Notes: generated by a model not told the origin, from the letters alone. DNA of 64,000 nucleotides from Allosphingosinicella sp. (GCA_035563315.1 DATMVG010000103.1:14602-78601); one strand, 5' to 3'; numbered from the stretch's first letter, positions 15,653-26,147 are shown. Translations and numbers: made by a program.

Positions 15653-18600
15653 CACGGCCCGAAGGACCACTTCGGGACGACCTGCTCGCGGCCGCCCTCG
15701 CCTACGCCGCGCGGGGATGGCCGGTCTTTCCGTGCAACCCGAAGAACAAGCAGCCCCTGCTCGCGCGCGACAAGGATGAGGCGGGCAGGCCGATCCCGAA
15801 CAGCGGCGGGGTCACCAAGGCGAGCACCGACCCGGAGCTGATCCGCGCCTGGTGGAAGAAGTGGCCGAGAGCGCTGGTCGCGATCGCCACCGGCCACCCG
15901 ACGCTCGATCTGGGCGGCCGTCGGCTGTTCGTCGTCGATTTCGACCCGCGCGAGGACGCCGACACGGGCGAGATCTGGACGCTCGACCGTCTCAAGACCG
16001 AGCTCGAGGCGATGATGGGGTGCGATTTCCCGGTCACGCTCGCCGCGCTGACGCCTTCCGACGGGGTCCATGCCTATCTGCTCCAGCCGGGGGACGGGCC
16101 GGCGATCGCCAACCGCGGCAACCTCCCCGACCATGTCGACGTGCGCGGGCTGGGCGGCTACGTCATCGCTCCGCCGAGCGTCATGGGGCCCAATGCGGTC
16201 AAGGGGCAGGCCGGGCTTCGCTATCGCTGGCACCGCAAGGAGCCGATCGGCGGCATCGCCGAGGCGCCGGCGGCTTTGATCGAGATCCTGAGCTCGCCAG
16301 GCAAGGGAGCGGGACGGGACGGCGCCGGCGCGGCCGCGGCGCGGCCGCTGCCGGCGGGCGCTTCGGCAGGCTTGGGACAGGCCTGGGACGATTCCGAGCG
16401 CGAGGCGGTGCGCAAATATGCGCTGGCGGCGCTCGACGGCGAGTGCCAGGCGGTCCGGACCGCCGGCAGCGGCCAGCGCAACAGCCAGCTCAACGAAAGC
16501 GCGCTCAAGATCGCCTCGCTAGTGGCCGCCGGGGCGCTTCAGGAGACGATCGCCCGGCAGTGCCTCGAGGCGGCGGCGCGCGACAATCCGGGGCGAGATG
16601 ACGACCGCCAGCTCGCCGCGACGATCGAGAGCGGCTGGTCCGCCGGACTCAACAAGCCTCGCGATCTCGGCGAGATCGCGGCCGCCGCGCGCTCGCGCGC
16701 TTCGCGCTACGGGCCGGATCGCCGCAGGGCTTCCGCCGCTTCCGCCCGATCGCCCCCGGCCTCGAGCGCGGCTCGCCGCCCGTCGTCGGACGATCAATCG
16801 GCGAGAAATTCGCGACCCTTCCGGGATGGAAGGCTGGCGGGCCAATCGTCGGGCGCGGGGTTCGGGGATGAGCCCGCAGCGCCGCCGCCACCGCTCGGCG
16901 AGGCCGAGCTTGCCCGGCTTCGGCCGATCGCCGAGGCGTGGCTGGAGCGGCGGCTGGCGGGGGCGGCGCGGCTGCCGGCGGCGGAACGCAAGGCCGAGCT
17001 GACGGCGATCGCCTGGGGCATCGGCCGGCGGGTGGCGGCGAAGCTGCTCGACGAGGGGTCGGCCAAGGAGGCGATCTGGCCGCTGTGCGAGGATGTCGCC
17101 GATCTCCAGCATTCCGACATCGACCGAGCCGTTGACGGCGGCGGCGCCCGCGGCTTCGATCCCGGGCCATTGCTGCTCGACCTCGCCTGCTCGGCCTATC
17201 CGATGACCGATTTCGGGATCGGCGAGCGCTTCCGCGACCGCCACGGGCGCGATTTCCGGTTCACCACCGGCAAAGGCTGGCTGGGCTGGGACGAGCGGCG
17301 GTGGAAGGTGCTCGACCAGGACAAGGACACGGCGCCCGCCGAGCTGGTCGCGGCCGTGTTCGAGACGATAAGGTCGATCCAGCGCGAGGCCCGGCGGGTC
17401 GCCGAGACCGGACTCAAGCTCGAATTGGTCAGGGAGGGCAAGCAGGAGCGGCTCGACGTCGACCAGGCGAATCTGCACGCGCTCGACCATTGGGTGGCGG
17501 TCGGAAAGCAGTGGAAGCGTTTCTCGACCCTGCTCGCGACGTGGGGTCGGCAGTCCGAGCAGGCGAGCAAGCCCGTCGCCATCGCCAATCTCGCGCGGCG
17601 CTGGCTGACCGTCCCGATCGAGGATTTCGACTGCGAGCAGATGGCGATCAACGTCGAGAATTGCACGTTGCGATTCGCCGTCGAGATCTTGCCGGATGGA
17701 TCGCGCAAGGTGGCGGTGAGCCGGGACTCTCATCGGCGCGAGGATTATATCACCCGGCTCGCGCCCGTCCTCTACGATCCAGAGGCGCCTAGCCCGCTCT
17801 ATGACGGGATGATCGCCTGGGCCCAGCCCGACGACGGCATGCGCCGCTATCTCCACCAGGTCGGCGGCTATGCCGCCTCGGGCGACACTGGCGAGCACAA
17901 GCTGTGGTTCAACTACGGCCGTGGCCGCAACGGCAAGTCGACCGCGATCGACAGCTGGTGCTCGGCGCTGGGCGACTATTCCGGCACGATCGGGATCGAA
18001 TCCTTCCTCGACCAGGGGATCAAGAAGAGGGGCGACCAGGCGACCCCGGACCTGGCCAAGCTGGGCGGGGTGAGGATGCTTCGCGCGTCCGAGCCCGAGC
18101 GCGGCGCCAAGCTCAATTCGGCGCTGATCAAGGCGGCGACGGGCGGCGAGCCGATGAGCGTGCGGGCTCTGCACCGGGGCTTCTTCGACCTGCTGCCGCG
18201 CTTCAAGCTGCTGATGAGCGGCAATTCCAAGCCCGCCATCCCCGACACCGACGAAGGCATTTGGGGCCGGATGAAGCTGATCCCGTGGCTGAGGAACATC
18301 GACCAGCCCGAGCCCGGGGTCGCCGACTGGCCGACCAAGGACCCCAAGCTGCTCGCCAAGATCAAGGCGGCCGAGCTGCCCGGCGTGTTCCGGCGGCTCG
18401 TCGAGGGGCTGGTCGACTATCTCGAGCACGGCTTCGTCGAGCCCGAGGGGGTGACGGCGGCGACCCAGGCCTATCGCGACCATAGCGACCCGCTGGCGCG
18501 CTTCCTTCGGCTGTGCACCGAGATGGACCCGCAGAGCCGGGTCAAGTCGTCGGAGCTGCACCGGGTGTTCACCGCCTGGTGCAAGGCCGCCGGCGAGAAG

Positions 18601-18837
18601 GAGTGGAGCTCGAAGGGCTTCGCCGACGCGATGATCGACAAGGGCTTCGCCAAGACCCGAAGCGATGGCATGCGCTGGATCGGGCTCAGGCTGACTCGCT
18701 CGGAGGAGGAGTTCGTCGATGCCGAGGGGAGGGTGCGCGAGAGCCTGCCCGACCTGGAGGACCCGGTGCCGAGGGCGCCCGCGGCTCGGCCGCCGCCTCG
18801 CGACGACTTCATCGGCGGATGGGACGATCGACCGTGA
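15649..18837 (+). CDS. Bifunctional primase-polymerase fused to P4/D5-type SF3 helicase
   Basis: GWPVFPC, VVDFD, TPSDGVHAY, DVRGLGGYVIAPPS; D5_N region; Walker A GRGRNGKST; ASEPE; winged-helix C-terminus. Confidence 0.93.
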   Translation: MTRPEGPLRDDLLAAALAYAARGWPVFPCNPKNKQPLLARDKDEAGRPIPNSGGVTKASTDPELIRAWWKKWPRALVAIATGHPTLDLGGRRLFVVDFDPREDADTGEIWTLDRLKTELEAMMGCDFPVTLAALTPSDGVHAYLLQPGDGPAIANRGNLPDHVDVRGLGGYVIAPPSVMGPNAVKGQAGLRYRWHRKEPIGGIAEAPAALIEILSSPGKGAGRDGAGAAAARPLPAGASAGLGQAWDDSEREAVRKYALAALDGECQAVRTAGSGQRNSQLNESALKIASLVAAGALQETIARQCLEAAARDNPGRDDDRQLAATIESGWSAGLNKPRDLGEIAAAARSRASRYGPDRRRASAASARSPPASSAARRPSSDDQSARNSRPFRDGRLAGQSSGAGFGDEPAAPPPPLGEAELARLRPIAEAWLERRLAGAARLPAAERKAELTAIAWGIGRRVAAKLLDEGSAKEAIWPLCEDVADLQHSDIDRAVDGGGARGFDPGPLLLDLACSAYPMTDFGIGERFRDRHGRDFRFTTGKGWLGWDERRWKVLDQDKDTAPAELVAAVFETIRSIQREARRVAETGLKLELVREGKQERLDVDQANLHALDHWVAVGKQWKRFSTLLATWGRQSEQASKPVAIANLARRWLTVPIEDFDCEQMAINVENCTLRFAVEILPDGSRKVAVSRDSHRREDYITRLAPVLYDPEAPSPLYDGMIAWAQPDDGMRRYLHQVGGYAASGDTGEHKLWFNYGRGRNGKSTAIDSWCSALGDYSGTIGIESFLDQGIKKRGDQATPDLAKLGGVRMLRASEPERGAKLNSALIKAATGGEPMSVRALHRGFFDLLPRFKLLMSGNSKPAIPDTDEGIWGRMKLIPWLRNIDQPEPGVADWPTKDPKLLAKIKAAELPGVFRRLVEGLVDYLEHGFVEPEGVTAATQAYRDHSDPLARFLRLCTEMDPQSRVKSSELHRVFTAWCKAAGEKEWSSKGFADAMIDKGFAKTRSDGMRWIGLRLTRSEEEFVDAEGRVRESLPDLEDPVPRAPAARPPPRDDFIGGWDDRP

Positions 18838-19037
18838 CCCTTCCGCCACGGAAGTCAGGCGGAAGGGTCGGTGGAAACGAAAAGCGGCGGATTTCTGCGG
18901 CTTTGGAAAGGTTGGAAGGGGATGCGCGATGTTGGCCGTGAGTGCGGGCGTGCGGGCGCGGGCGCGAGGCGAAATTCACAAAAAGGCTTCCAATCCTTCC
19001 AGTCTTTCCAAATGCTGAAAATAAGGACCATGGTTCA

Positions 19038-19532
19038 ATGAATTATGCCGAGACCAATGCCGGAAGGGCTCGCTCCGAGGCTTCCGAAACCGGAAGCGCG
19101 CGGCGGTTCTGGACCTTCGACGACGTCGAGACGCGGCTCGCCGATGCGATGGAGGCGTGGTGGCGGGTGCCGGACCGGGAGCGTGGGTGGCAGCATGTCA
19201 GGGCGCTGTGGCCCGACATCGCCCGCCAGGGCTGGCGGGTGGACGTCGACGGCGAGTTCGACGAGCGCGAGGCCGTGCAGGTGCCGCGGCGGCCCGCTTT
19301 GACGCGCGACCAGGTGAAGGCGATGGTGGAGGCGAGCGAGTGGCTGGCCTTCGTTCCGGAGCGCGACCGAAGGCTGGTGGCGATCGTCCTGACCTATCGG
19401 GTGCGCGGCTTCGACAAGGTGCCGTGGCTGCGCATCTGGGACCGGCTCGGGCGGGGGCGGCCCGGGCCGGAGGGGCTGCGCAAGCGCTATGGGCGGGCGC
19501 TCGCCGGCATCGCCGCGGCGCTGAATGGCTGA
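19038..19532 (+). CDS. Putative late-gene regulator (DUF6362-like)
   Basis: WTFDDVETRLADAM...WL..VPERDRRLV...LRKRY; position just before the packaging module. Confidence 0.6.
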   Translation: MNYAETNAGRARSEASETGSARRFWTFDDVETRLADAMEAWWRVPDRERGWQHVRALWPDIARQGWRVDVDGEFDEREAVQVPRRPALTRDQVKAMVEASEWLAFVPERDRRLVAIVLTYRVRGFDKVPWLRIWDRLGRGRPGPEGLRKRYGRALAGIAAALNG

Positions 19533-19714
19533 TTTCGGCGTGCGTGGGCTGTCAAGGTGCGTGGCGCATGGGCGCGAAAATATTGGGTGTCCGCCACGCA
19601 CCCCCTTCCATGCTATCCGGCGGATATCGTCGGGCGAGGCCTGACCTTCGTCGAACAGGCTCAAGGCAAGGGAGAGGGAGATGCGCCGCTTCTGACCGGA
19701 GCGGCGGCGGGATC

Positions 19715-20029
19715 ATGGCCAAGCTCCGGTCCCTGCCGCCGCGCCTCGGCGCCGCCGCTCCGAAGCTGAGGGCGGCGCCGAAGCGGGCCGAACCCTTCTA
19801 TCAAAGTCGCGAGTGGCGCGCTCTGGTCGCGCAGATCAAGCGCGAGCGCGGGAACTGGTGCGAGCGCTGCGGCTCCGGTGGACGGATCGTCGGCGATCAC
19901 AGGCGTGAGCTGAAGGACGGCGGGGCGCCGCTCGATCCGGCCAATGTCGAGTTGCTCTGTCTGAAGCGGTGCCACCCTCGCAAGACGGCGGAGGCGCGGC
20001 GGCTTCGGGCGCTCGGCCGGGCGCCCTGA
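19715..20029 (+). CDS. HNH endonuclease (terminase-associated)
   Basis: FYQSREWR, CERCG, DH...N..LLC..CH..KT. Confidence 0.88.
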   Translation: MAKLRSLPPRLGAAAPKLRAAPKRAEPFYQSREWRALVAQIKRERGNWCERCGSGGRIVGDHRRELKDGGAPLDPANVELLCLKRCHPRKTAEARRLRALGRAP

Positions 20030-20151
20030 CGGGCCTCGGATTGAAGCGAACGTGTTGGGGCTCTCGCCCTGGCCACTGGCTGGGGGGGGTGAAAAGTTCA
20101 GGGGTCCGACCCCCTGATCACCTCTGCCCCTCTCATTTGGAGATTTTTTTC

Positions 20152-20649
20152 TTGGATCAGGAAAATTCGGTCGACCTGGACCTGTTCGGCGACCCGATCC
20201 CGGAGGGGTTCGAAGGCCGGGGCCGGCCTCCGCACGAGGCGACCGCCAGAAACCGCAACAAAGTCATGGTGTTGCTGGCGCTTGGCTGGGCTCCGAAGCG
20301 GATCGCCGGAACGCTCGGGATCAGCGGGCCGACCTTGCGCAAGCATTATTTTTCCGAGCTCAGGTCGCGGACCGTCATGCTCGACCGGCTGAAGGCGGCG
20401 CACCTGACGACCTTGCTTGAGCAGATGAGGGCCGGGAACGTCCAGGCGATCAAGGAGATGGGGCGGATCATCGATCGCGCCGACGCGGCGCTGTTCGGGC
20501 TGGGGTCCGGCTCCGACGACGACGAGGACGAGGCAGCGCCGCCGCGGCGCCCGGCAGGCAAGAAGGAGCAGGCGGCGATCGCCGCTCAGAGCGCCGGCGA
20601 GGGGACGATCTGGGGAAACGATCTTCTGCCGCCGAACCAGGTGAATTGA
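20152..20649 (+). CDS. Probable terminase small subunit
   Basis: GRPPH, HTH IAGTLGISGPTLRKHY; between HNH and TerL; start approximate. Confidence 0.75.
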   Translation: MDQENSVDLDLFGDPIPEGFEGRGRPPHEATARNRNKVMVLLALGWAPKRIAGTLGISGPTLRKHYFSELRSRTVMLDRLKAAHLTTLLEQMRAGNVQAIKEMGRIIDRADAALFGLGSGSDDDEDEAAPPRRPAGKKEQAAIAAQSAGEGTIWGNDLLPPNQVN

Positions 20650-20806
20650 GACCGGGCGCGCTTCGGCGCGGCCGATGAGCGCGGGCCTCCCGCGCGCTGC
20701 CGCCTCGGCGGCCTGCCCGGCGGACGGCGTTCCTGGCGCCGGCCCGCCGGGCATTAGTTTCGAGAACCGGACCGGGAGCGGGACGGTGGCCCAAAGGAGA
20801 GAAGGC

Positions 20807-22537
20807 GTGGCAGCGGCAGCGGGGTCGGTCGAGCCGCTGGTCAATCCCTGGTCGACGGCGTGCCCGGACTGGGAGCGGCGATTGCTGGCGGGCGAGAGCC
20901 TGGTGCCGGACCTGCCCCTGTTCGCGGACGAAGCAAGCCGGGCACTGCGCATCTTCAAGCGGCTGCGGATCCCGGACCTGATCGGCAAGCCGACCATGGC
21001 CGAAGCCTGCGGGCCCTGGTTCTTCCCGATCGTCAGGGCCCTGTTCGGCTGCTACGACCCGGCGGCGCACCGGCGGATGCTGCAGGAATATTTCCTGCTC
21101 ATCCCGAAGAAGAATTCGAAGACGTCGAACGGCGGCGTCGTGATGCTGACCGCGATGATCATGAACCGCCGGCCCGAGGCCGAGTTCAGCTTCATCGCGC
21201 CGACGATGGAGATTGCCGGCCGCGCTTTCCGCCAGGCGCGCGGCACGATCAGGATCGACGCCGAGCTCGACAAGCTGTTCCACGTCCAGGACCATCTGAG
21301 GAGGATCACCCGGCGCACCGATGGATCGGTGCTGATGATCAAGGCGGCCGACACCGACGTCGTCACCGGCGGCAAGGACGTCGGCACGATGATCGACGAG
21401 ACCCACGTCTTCGCCAAGAAATCGAACGCCGCCGACATCTTCGTCGAGCTGCGCGGCGCGCTGGCGGCGAGGCCGGACGGGTTCCTGTTCCAGACGACGA
21501 CGCAGTCGAAGGAGCCGCCGTCGGGGGTCTTCAAGCGCGAGCTTGAGACGGCTCGGGCGGTCCGCGACGGCGAGATCGAGATGCCGCTGCTGCCGGTGCT
21601 CTACGAGCTGCCGGAATCGGTGCTGAAGGTGGACGGCTGGAAGGACCGCAAATACTGGCCGCTGGTCAACCCGAATCTCGACCGGTCGGTGAGCACCGAC
21701 TTCCTGCAGCGCGAGCTGGAGCGGGCCGAGCGCGAGGGGATGGACCAGCTGATGCTGGTCGCCTCGCAGCATTTCAACGTCGAGATCGGCCTTCGCCTGC
21801 GCAACGACCGCTGGCGGGGCGCGGATTTCTGGGAGGGTGCCGGGGACCGGGATGTCTGCGGCGACCTCGACGCGATGCTGGCGCGGTGCGAGGTGGCGGT
21901 GGCCGGCGCCGACGGCGGCGGCCTGGACGATATGTTCGGGCTCTGCGTGGCGGGGCGGGAGCGCGATTCGAAGCGCTGGCTCTACTGGTTCCACGCCTGG
22001 GCGCAGCGCGACGTGCTCGAGCTGCGCAAGGAGATCGCGCCCAAGTTGCTCGACTTCGAGGCGGACGGCGACCTGACGCTCTGCGACGACGCGACGCAGG
22101 ACATCGAGGAGATCGTGGAAGTCCTTGGAAGGGTCGCGGCCACTGGCTTGCTGCCCGAGAAGAGCGCGGTCGGGCTCGACCCGCAAGACGTGGGCGTCCT
22201 CGTCGACGCGCTGGAGGGGATCGGCCTCTCCACCACCACTCACCAGGTGGTGGCGGTGCCGCAGGGGTTCCGGCTGTCGAGCGCGGTGTGGAGCATGGAG
22301 CGCAAGCTCAAGGACCGGATGCTGGTGCATTCCGGATCGGCGATGATGGCCTGGTGCGTCGGGAACGCGAAGGTGGAGCAAAGGGGCAATGCCGTGCTGA
22401 TCACGAAGGAGACCGCCGGCAAGGCCAAGATCGACCCGCTGATCGCCGGCTTCAACGCCACCAAGCTGCTCGAGGCGAATCCGGAGGCTGGAGAAACATC
22501 GGTCTACGAGACCCGCGGCTTGCGAATGGTCGGGTAG
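20807..22537 (+). CDS. Terminase large subunit
   Basis: IPKKNSKT Walker A, IDETH Walker B, GADGGGLDD nuclease motif, KIDP; GTG start with AGGAG RBS. Confidence 0.95.
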   Translation: MAAAAGSVEPLVNPWSTACPDWERRLLAGESLVPDLPLFADEASRALRIFKRLRIPDLIGKPTMAEACGPWFFPIVRALFGCYDPAAHRRMLQEYFLLIPKKNSKTSNGGVVMLTAMIMNRRPEAEFSFIAPTMEIAGRAFRQARGTIRIDAELDKLFHVQDHLRRITRRTDGSVLMIKAADTDVVTGGKDVGTMIDETHVFAKKSNAADIFVELRGALAARPDGFLFQTTTQSKEPPSGVFKRELETARAVRDGEIEMPLLPVLYELPESVLKVDGWKDRKYWPLVNPNLDRSVSTDFLQRELERAEREGMDQLMLVASQHFNVEIGLRLRNDRWRGADFWEGAGDRDVCGDLDAMLARCEVAVAGADGGGLDDMFGLCVAGRERDSKRWLYWFHAWAQRDVLELRKEIAPKLLDFEADGDLTLCDDATQDIEEIVEVLGRVAATGLLPEKSAVGLDPQDVGVLVDALEGIGLSTTTHQVVAVPQGFRLSSAVWSMERKLKDRMLVHSGSAMMAWCVGNAKVEQRGNAVLITKETAGKAKIDPLIAGFNATKLLEANPEAGETSVYETRGLRMVG

Positions 22538-22546
22538 GCGCAGCTC

Positions 22547-23893
22547 GTGTCGTGGCTGAAAAACGTAGCTGGTTGGTTGGGGGCGGCCAGTCCGGCCTCC
22601 GCGTCGCCGGTTGGTGCTGGGCCGGTGCAGGCGTTTACGGCCTACAATCTCGACGATCCGGCGCTGATTGAGTTTCTGAGCGGCGGCTTCCGATCGTCGA
22701 CGGGGATTTCCGTCAACGATCGCGCGGCGCTTCGCAACAGCACTTTCTTCAGGTCGGTGAACTTGATCGCGGGTGCGATCGGGATGCTGCCGCTGCACCT
22801 GATGGAGCAGGACGAGGACGGCGGCAATAAGAGGAAGGCGCGCGAGCATCCGCTCTTCAGGATTTTGCACAAGGCCCCTAACCGCTACCAGACGGCCGCT
22901 GAGTTCAAGTCGTACATGCAGACCTGTGCACTACTCGACGGCAATGCGTATGCTATGGTGATCCGGGTCGGGAGTAAGATCAGCCAGATCGTGCCGTTGC
23001 CGCGCAAGTCGGTGACCCCTGAGCTGACCGACACCTTCGACATAAGGTTCAAATATCAACGGCCAAAAGGGGGTACGGTTTATCTCTCCTCGCGGGAGGT
23101 GTTTCACTTTCGCCATCCGGTGACGCTCGACGGTCTGCGCGGCGTGTCCCTGCTGGAGGTAGCGAAGGAGACACTCGGAATCGCCACGATCGCGCAGCGC
23201 GCCGCTGGCAAGCTGTTCAGCAACGGCTCTTTCGCGGCGGGCGTGCTGGAGACCGATAAGACGCTGGGCGACGATGTCCACCAGCGCATCCGCGACGACT
23301 GGGAGGAAATTTACAGCGGTGCCGACAATGCCGGCAAGTGGGCGATCCTCGAGCAGGGGTTGAAGGCCAAGCAGCTCAGCCAGAACGCCAAGGAATCGCA
23401 GCACGTCGAGACGCGCGAGCACGAATCGGAAGAGGTGTCGCGCTTCACAGGTGTGCCGCGGCCACTGCTGATGTTCGACGAAACGAGTTGGGGTTCGGGC
23501 ATTGAGCAGCTCGGGCAATTCCTCGTCACTTACTGCCTGATGATTTGGTTCGTCGCCTGGGAGCAGGCGGTGGAGAGGATCCTGGATGATGACGAACGCG
23601 ACCGGCTGTATGCCAAGTTCAATGACGGCGCGTTGCTGCGCGGGTCGCTGAAGGATCAGGCCGAGTTCTTCGCCAAGGCGCTCGGCGCGGGCGGCGGCCA
23701 TGGCTGGCTGAAGGCCAACGAGGTGCGCGAGGCCTTCGATCGCAACCCCGAGCCGGGCGGTGAAGTGCTTCCGCAGCCGACCGCGGCCCCCCGTGGTGCT
23801 GTAGCGGCGGGGGAAGTCGAAGAAGATCCTGCGGCTCCGCCGGCGGTGAATACAGGGCGTCGGCGCGACCGTTCAGAGGAAGAGGAAGAGTGA
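22547..23893 (+). CDS. HK97-family portal protein
   Basis: LLDGNAYA, EVFHFR, GVSLLE, ILEQG, ANEVR. Confidence 0.95.
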   Translation: MSWLKNVAGWLGAASPASASPVGAGPVQAFTAYNLDDPALIEFLSGGFRSSTGISVNDRAALRNSTFFRSVNLIAGAIGMLPLHLMEQDEDGGNKRKAREHPLFRILHKAPNRYQTAAEFKSYMQTCALLDGNAYAMVIRVGSKISQIVPLPRKSVTPELTDTFDIRFKYQRPKGGTVYLSSREVFHFRHPVTLDGLRGVSLLEVAKETLGIATIAQRAAGKLFSNGSFAAGVLETDKTLGDDVHQRIRDDWEEIYSGADNAGKWAILEQGLKAKQLSQNAKESQHVETREHESEEVSRFTGVPRPLLMFDETSWGSGIEQLGQFLVTYCLMIWFVAWEQAVERILDDDERDRLYAKFNDGALLRGSLKDQAEFFAKALGAGGGHGWLKANEVREAFDRNPEPGGEVLPQPTAAPRGAVAAGEVEEDPAAPPAVNTGRRRDRSEEEEE

Positions 23894-23894
23894 G

Positions 23895-24773
23895 ATGAAG
23901 CCGATGTTTGTCTTCGCCAAGGCGCGGCCTGGAGCTCTTCCGGTTCCCGAACGCCGCGATGTGTCGGCGCTGACGCCGAGCAGCGTTCTGGATCGCTGGT
24001 CGTCCGAAGGTGCTGGTGTGCGGGCATTGTCGTCGGGCGACAATGTCATCACCATGTTCGACATCATCGGCGAGGACTTCTGGACCGGCGGCGGGGTGAC
24101 GGCGAAGAAGGTCAGGGAACAGCTTCGCGCTATCGGTGACAGGCCGGTTGAGGTGCAGATCAACTCCCCGGGTGGCGACATGTTCGAGGGCATCGCGATC
24201 TACAACGTGCTGCGCGAACATTCTCAGGCCATCACGGTAAAGATCCTCGGCATGGCCGCTTCCGCTGCGTCGATCATCGCCATGGCCGGCGACGAGATCG
24301 AGATCGGGGCGGCCGGCTTCATCATGATCCACGATTGCTGGGTGATCGCGATCGGCAACAGGCACGACATGCGGGAGACGGCCGATTGGCTGGAGCCATT
24401 CGACGCCGCGATGCGCGATGTCTACGCGCAGCGCACGGGGCAGTCGGCTGAGGATGTTGCCAAGTGGATGGATGCCGAGACATGGATGTCGGGCAGCGCG
24501 GCGATCGAGCGTGGCTTCGCCGACGCGCTCCTCCCTGCGGACCAGGTGAAGGTAGACGAGGAAGCCCAGGCTTCCGACAAACAAATCAATGAGCTGCGCG
24601 CGATGGAGCTGTCGTTGCTGGCCTCGGGGAACACCCGAAGCCAAGCGCGCGCGCGCATCAACAAGATTCGGGGCACGACGGACTCTGCCCCATCCGGGAG
24701 CACGACGGACTCTGCTCCCGATCCCGAACTGGCCGGCGCCCTCGCCGGTCTTCTCCAAACCATCAGGGCATAG
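23895..24773 (+). CDS. ClpP-type head maturation protease
   Basis: INSPGGD, GMAASAASIIAMAGD, FIMIH, ETWMS..A.E.GFAD. Confidence 0.93.
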   Translation: MKPMFVFAKARPGALPVPERRDVSALTPSSVLDRWSSEGAGVRALSSGDNVITMFDIIGEDFWTGGGVTAKKVREQLRAIGDRPVEVQINSPGGDMFEGIAIYNVLREHSQAITVKILGMAASAASIIAMAGDEIEIGAAGFIMIHDCWVIAIGNRHDMRETADWLEPFDAAMRDVYAQRTGQSAEDVAKWMDAETWMSGSAAIERGFADALLPADQVKVDEEAQASDKQINELRAMELSLLASGNTRSQARARINKIRGTTDSAPSGSTTDSAPDPELAGALAGLLQTIRA

Positions 24774-24783
24774 GAGTCCTACC

Positions 24784-26037
24784 ATGAACAAGATGATGTT
24801 TACGGCGGCTGCCGCGCTTTCGCTCGACATGCCGCGCGCCGTTCACGCCACCCCCCGCGCCGATATCAGCGATCCCAAAGCGCTGATCGGCCAGCTCCAG
24901 GCTGCCTTCGAGGAATTCAAGGCGACCAACGACGCCTCGCTGGCGGCGAAGGTGGACGATGCGGTCGTGACCGCAAAGCTGGACGCGATCAACGCCGACC
25001 TGAACAAGCTCACCAAGGCGCTCGACGACCAGGCGGCGATCCTCGCCTCCAACAAGCTGAACGGCGGCGTCATCGGCGACATCCCGGCTTCCGACCCGGA
25101 ATATGTCGTGGCCTTCAAGGCTCATCTCCGCAGCGGCGAGGTGCAGGCGGCAATGACCAAGGGGGTGGACGCCGATGGCGGCTATCTCGCGCCGATCGAA
25201 TGGGACCGCACCATCACCAGCAAGGTCAAGCGGGTCTCGCCGATCCGCGAGAATTCGCGGGTGATCAGCATCTCGACCGCGGGCTTCAAGAAAAACTTCA
25301 GCGACCGCGCGATCGGCTCGGGCTGGGTCGGGGAGACGGCGGCCAGGCCGGCCACGACCACGCCGGCGATCGGTCAGCTCGACTTCGTGCCCGGCGAGAT
25401 CTACGCCAACCCGGGCATCTCGCAGCAGCTGCTCGACGATGCTGCCGTCGACCTCGAGGTGTGGTTGTCGGACGAAGTGGACGGCGAGTTCGCCAAGCAG
25501 GAGAATATCGCTTTCCTGTCCGGCAACGGCACGAACAAGCCCTACGGCATCCTCACCTTCGTGACCGGCGCCGCCAATGCCGCCAGGCACCCGTGGGGCG
25601 CGATCGCCGTCGTCAACAGCGGGCATGCCACCCAGGTCACGGCCGACGCGCTGATCAGCCTGATCTACAGCCTCCCCGGGGAGTTCCGCGGCAACGCGAA
25701 GCTCTACACCAACCAGCAGACGCTGGCCGCCTTCCGCAAGCTGAAGGACGGGCAGGGCAATTATCTGTGGCAGCCGGCGTTCGCGCTGGGCCAGCCCTCG
25801 ACGCTGGCGGCGGCGCCGGTGGTGGAGGTGCCGGACATGCCCGACATCGCCGCCGCCGCAATCGCCGCCCTCTACGGCGACATGGAGCAGACCTATCTGG
25901 TGGTCGACCGGGTCGGAATCCGGGTGCTGCGCGACCCGTTCACCAACAAGCCCTTCGTCCATTTCTACACGACGAAGCGGGTGGGGGGCGGTGTCCAGAA
26001 TCCCGAGCCGATGCGGGCGCTCCAGATCGCCGCTTGA
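24784..26037 (+). CDS. HK97-fold major capsid protein
   Basis: Coiled-coil delta domain, DGGYLAP, GNGTNKPYGIL, KLKDGQGNYLW, RVGGGV. Confidence 0.96.
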   Translation: MNKMMFTAAAALSLDMPRAVHATPRADISDPKALIGQLQAAFEEFKATNDASLAAKVDDAVVTAKLDAINADLNKLTKALDDQAAILASNKLNGGVIGDIPASDPEYVVAFKAHLRSGEVQAAMTKGVDADGGYLAPIEWDRTITSKVKRVSPIRENSRVISISTAGFKKNFSDRAIGSGWVGETAARPATTTPAIGQLDFVPGEIYANPGISQQLLDDAAVDLEVWLSDEVDGEFAKQENIAFLSGNGTNKPYGILTFVTGAANAARHPWGAIAVVNSGHATQVTADALISLIYSLPGEFRGNAKLYTNQQTLAAFRKLKDGQGNYLWQPAFALGQPSTLAAAPVVEVPDMPDIAAAAIAALYGDMEQTYLVVDRVGIRVLRDPFTNKPFVHFYTTKRVGGGVQNPEPMRALQIAA

Positions 26038-26061
26038 GCGGCCATCGCTCGACGAAGAGAG

Positions 26062-26093
26062 AGGCGTCGGGGTTTCGCCCCGACGCCTTCTTC
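26062..26093 (+). terminator. Hairpin terminator/attenuator after the capsid gene
   Basis: AGGCGTCGGGG-TTTCG-CCCCGACGCCT followed by TCTTC. Confidence 0.65.
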
Positions 26094-26147
26094 GCATCAG
26101 GAAGCGGCGGGATGCACCCGCCGTTTCCCCATGTGAAGGAGATCGTC

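Noticed and set aside
24673-24716. Direct repeat GCACGACGGACTCTGC x2 at the end of the Clp protease gene
   Set aside because: Short in-frame duplication in a flexible C-terminal linker (TTDSAP x2), with no sign of a separate function.
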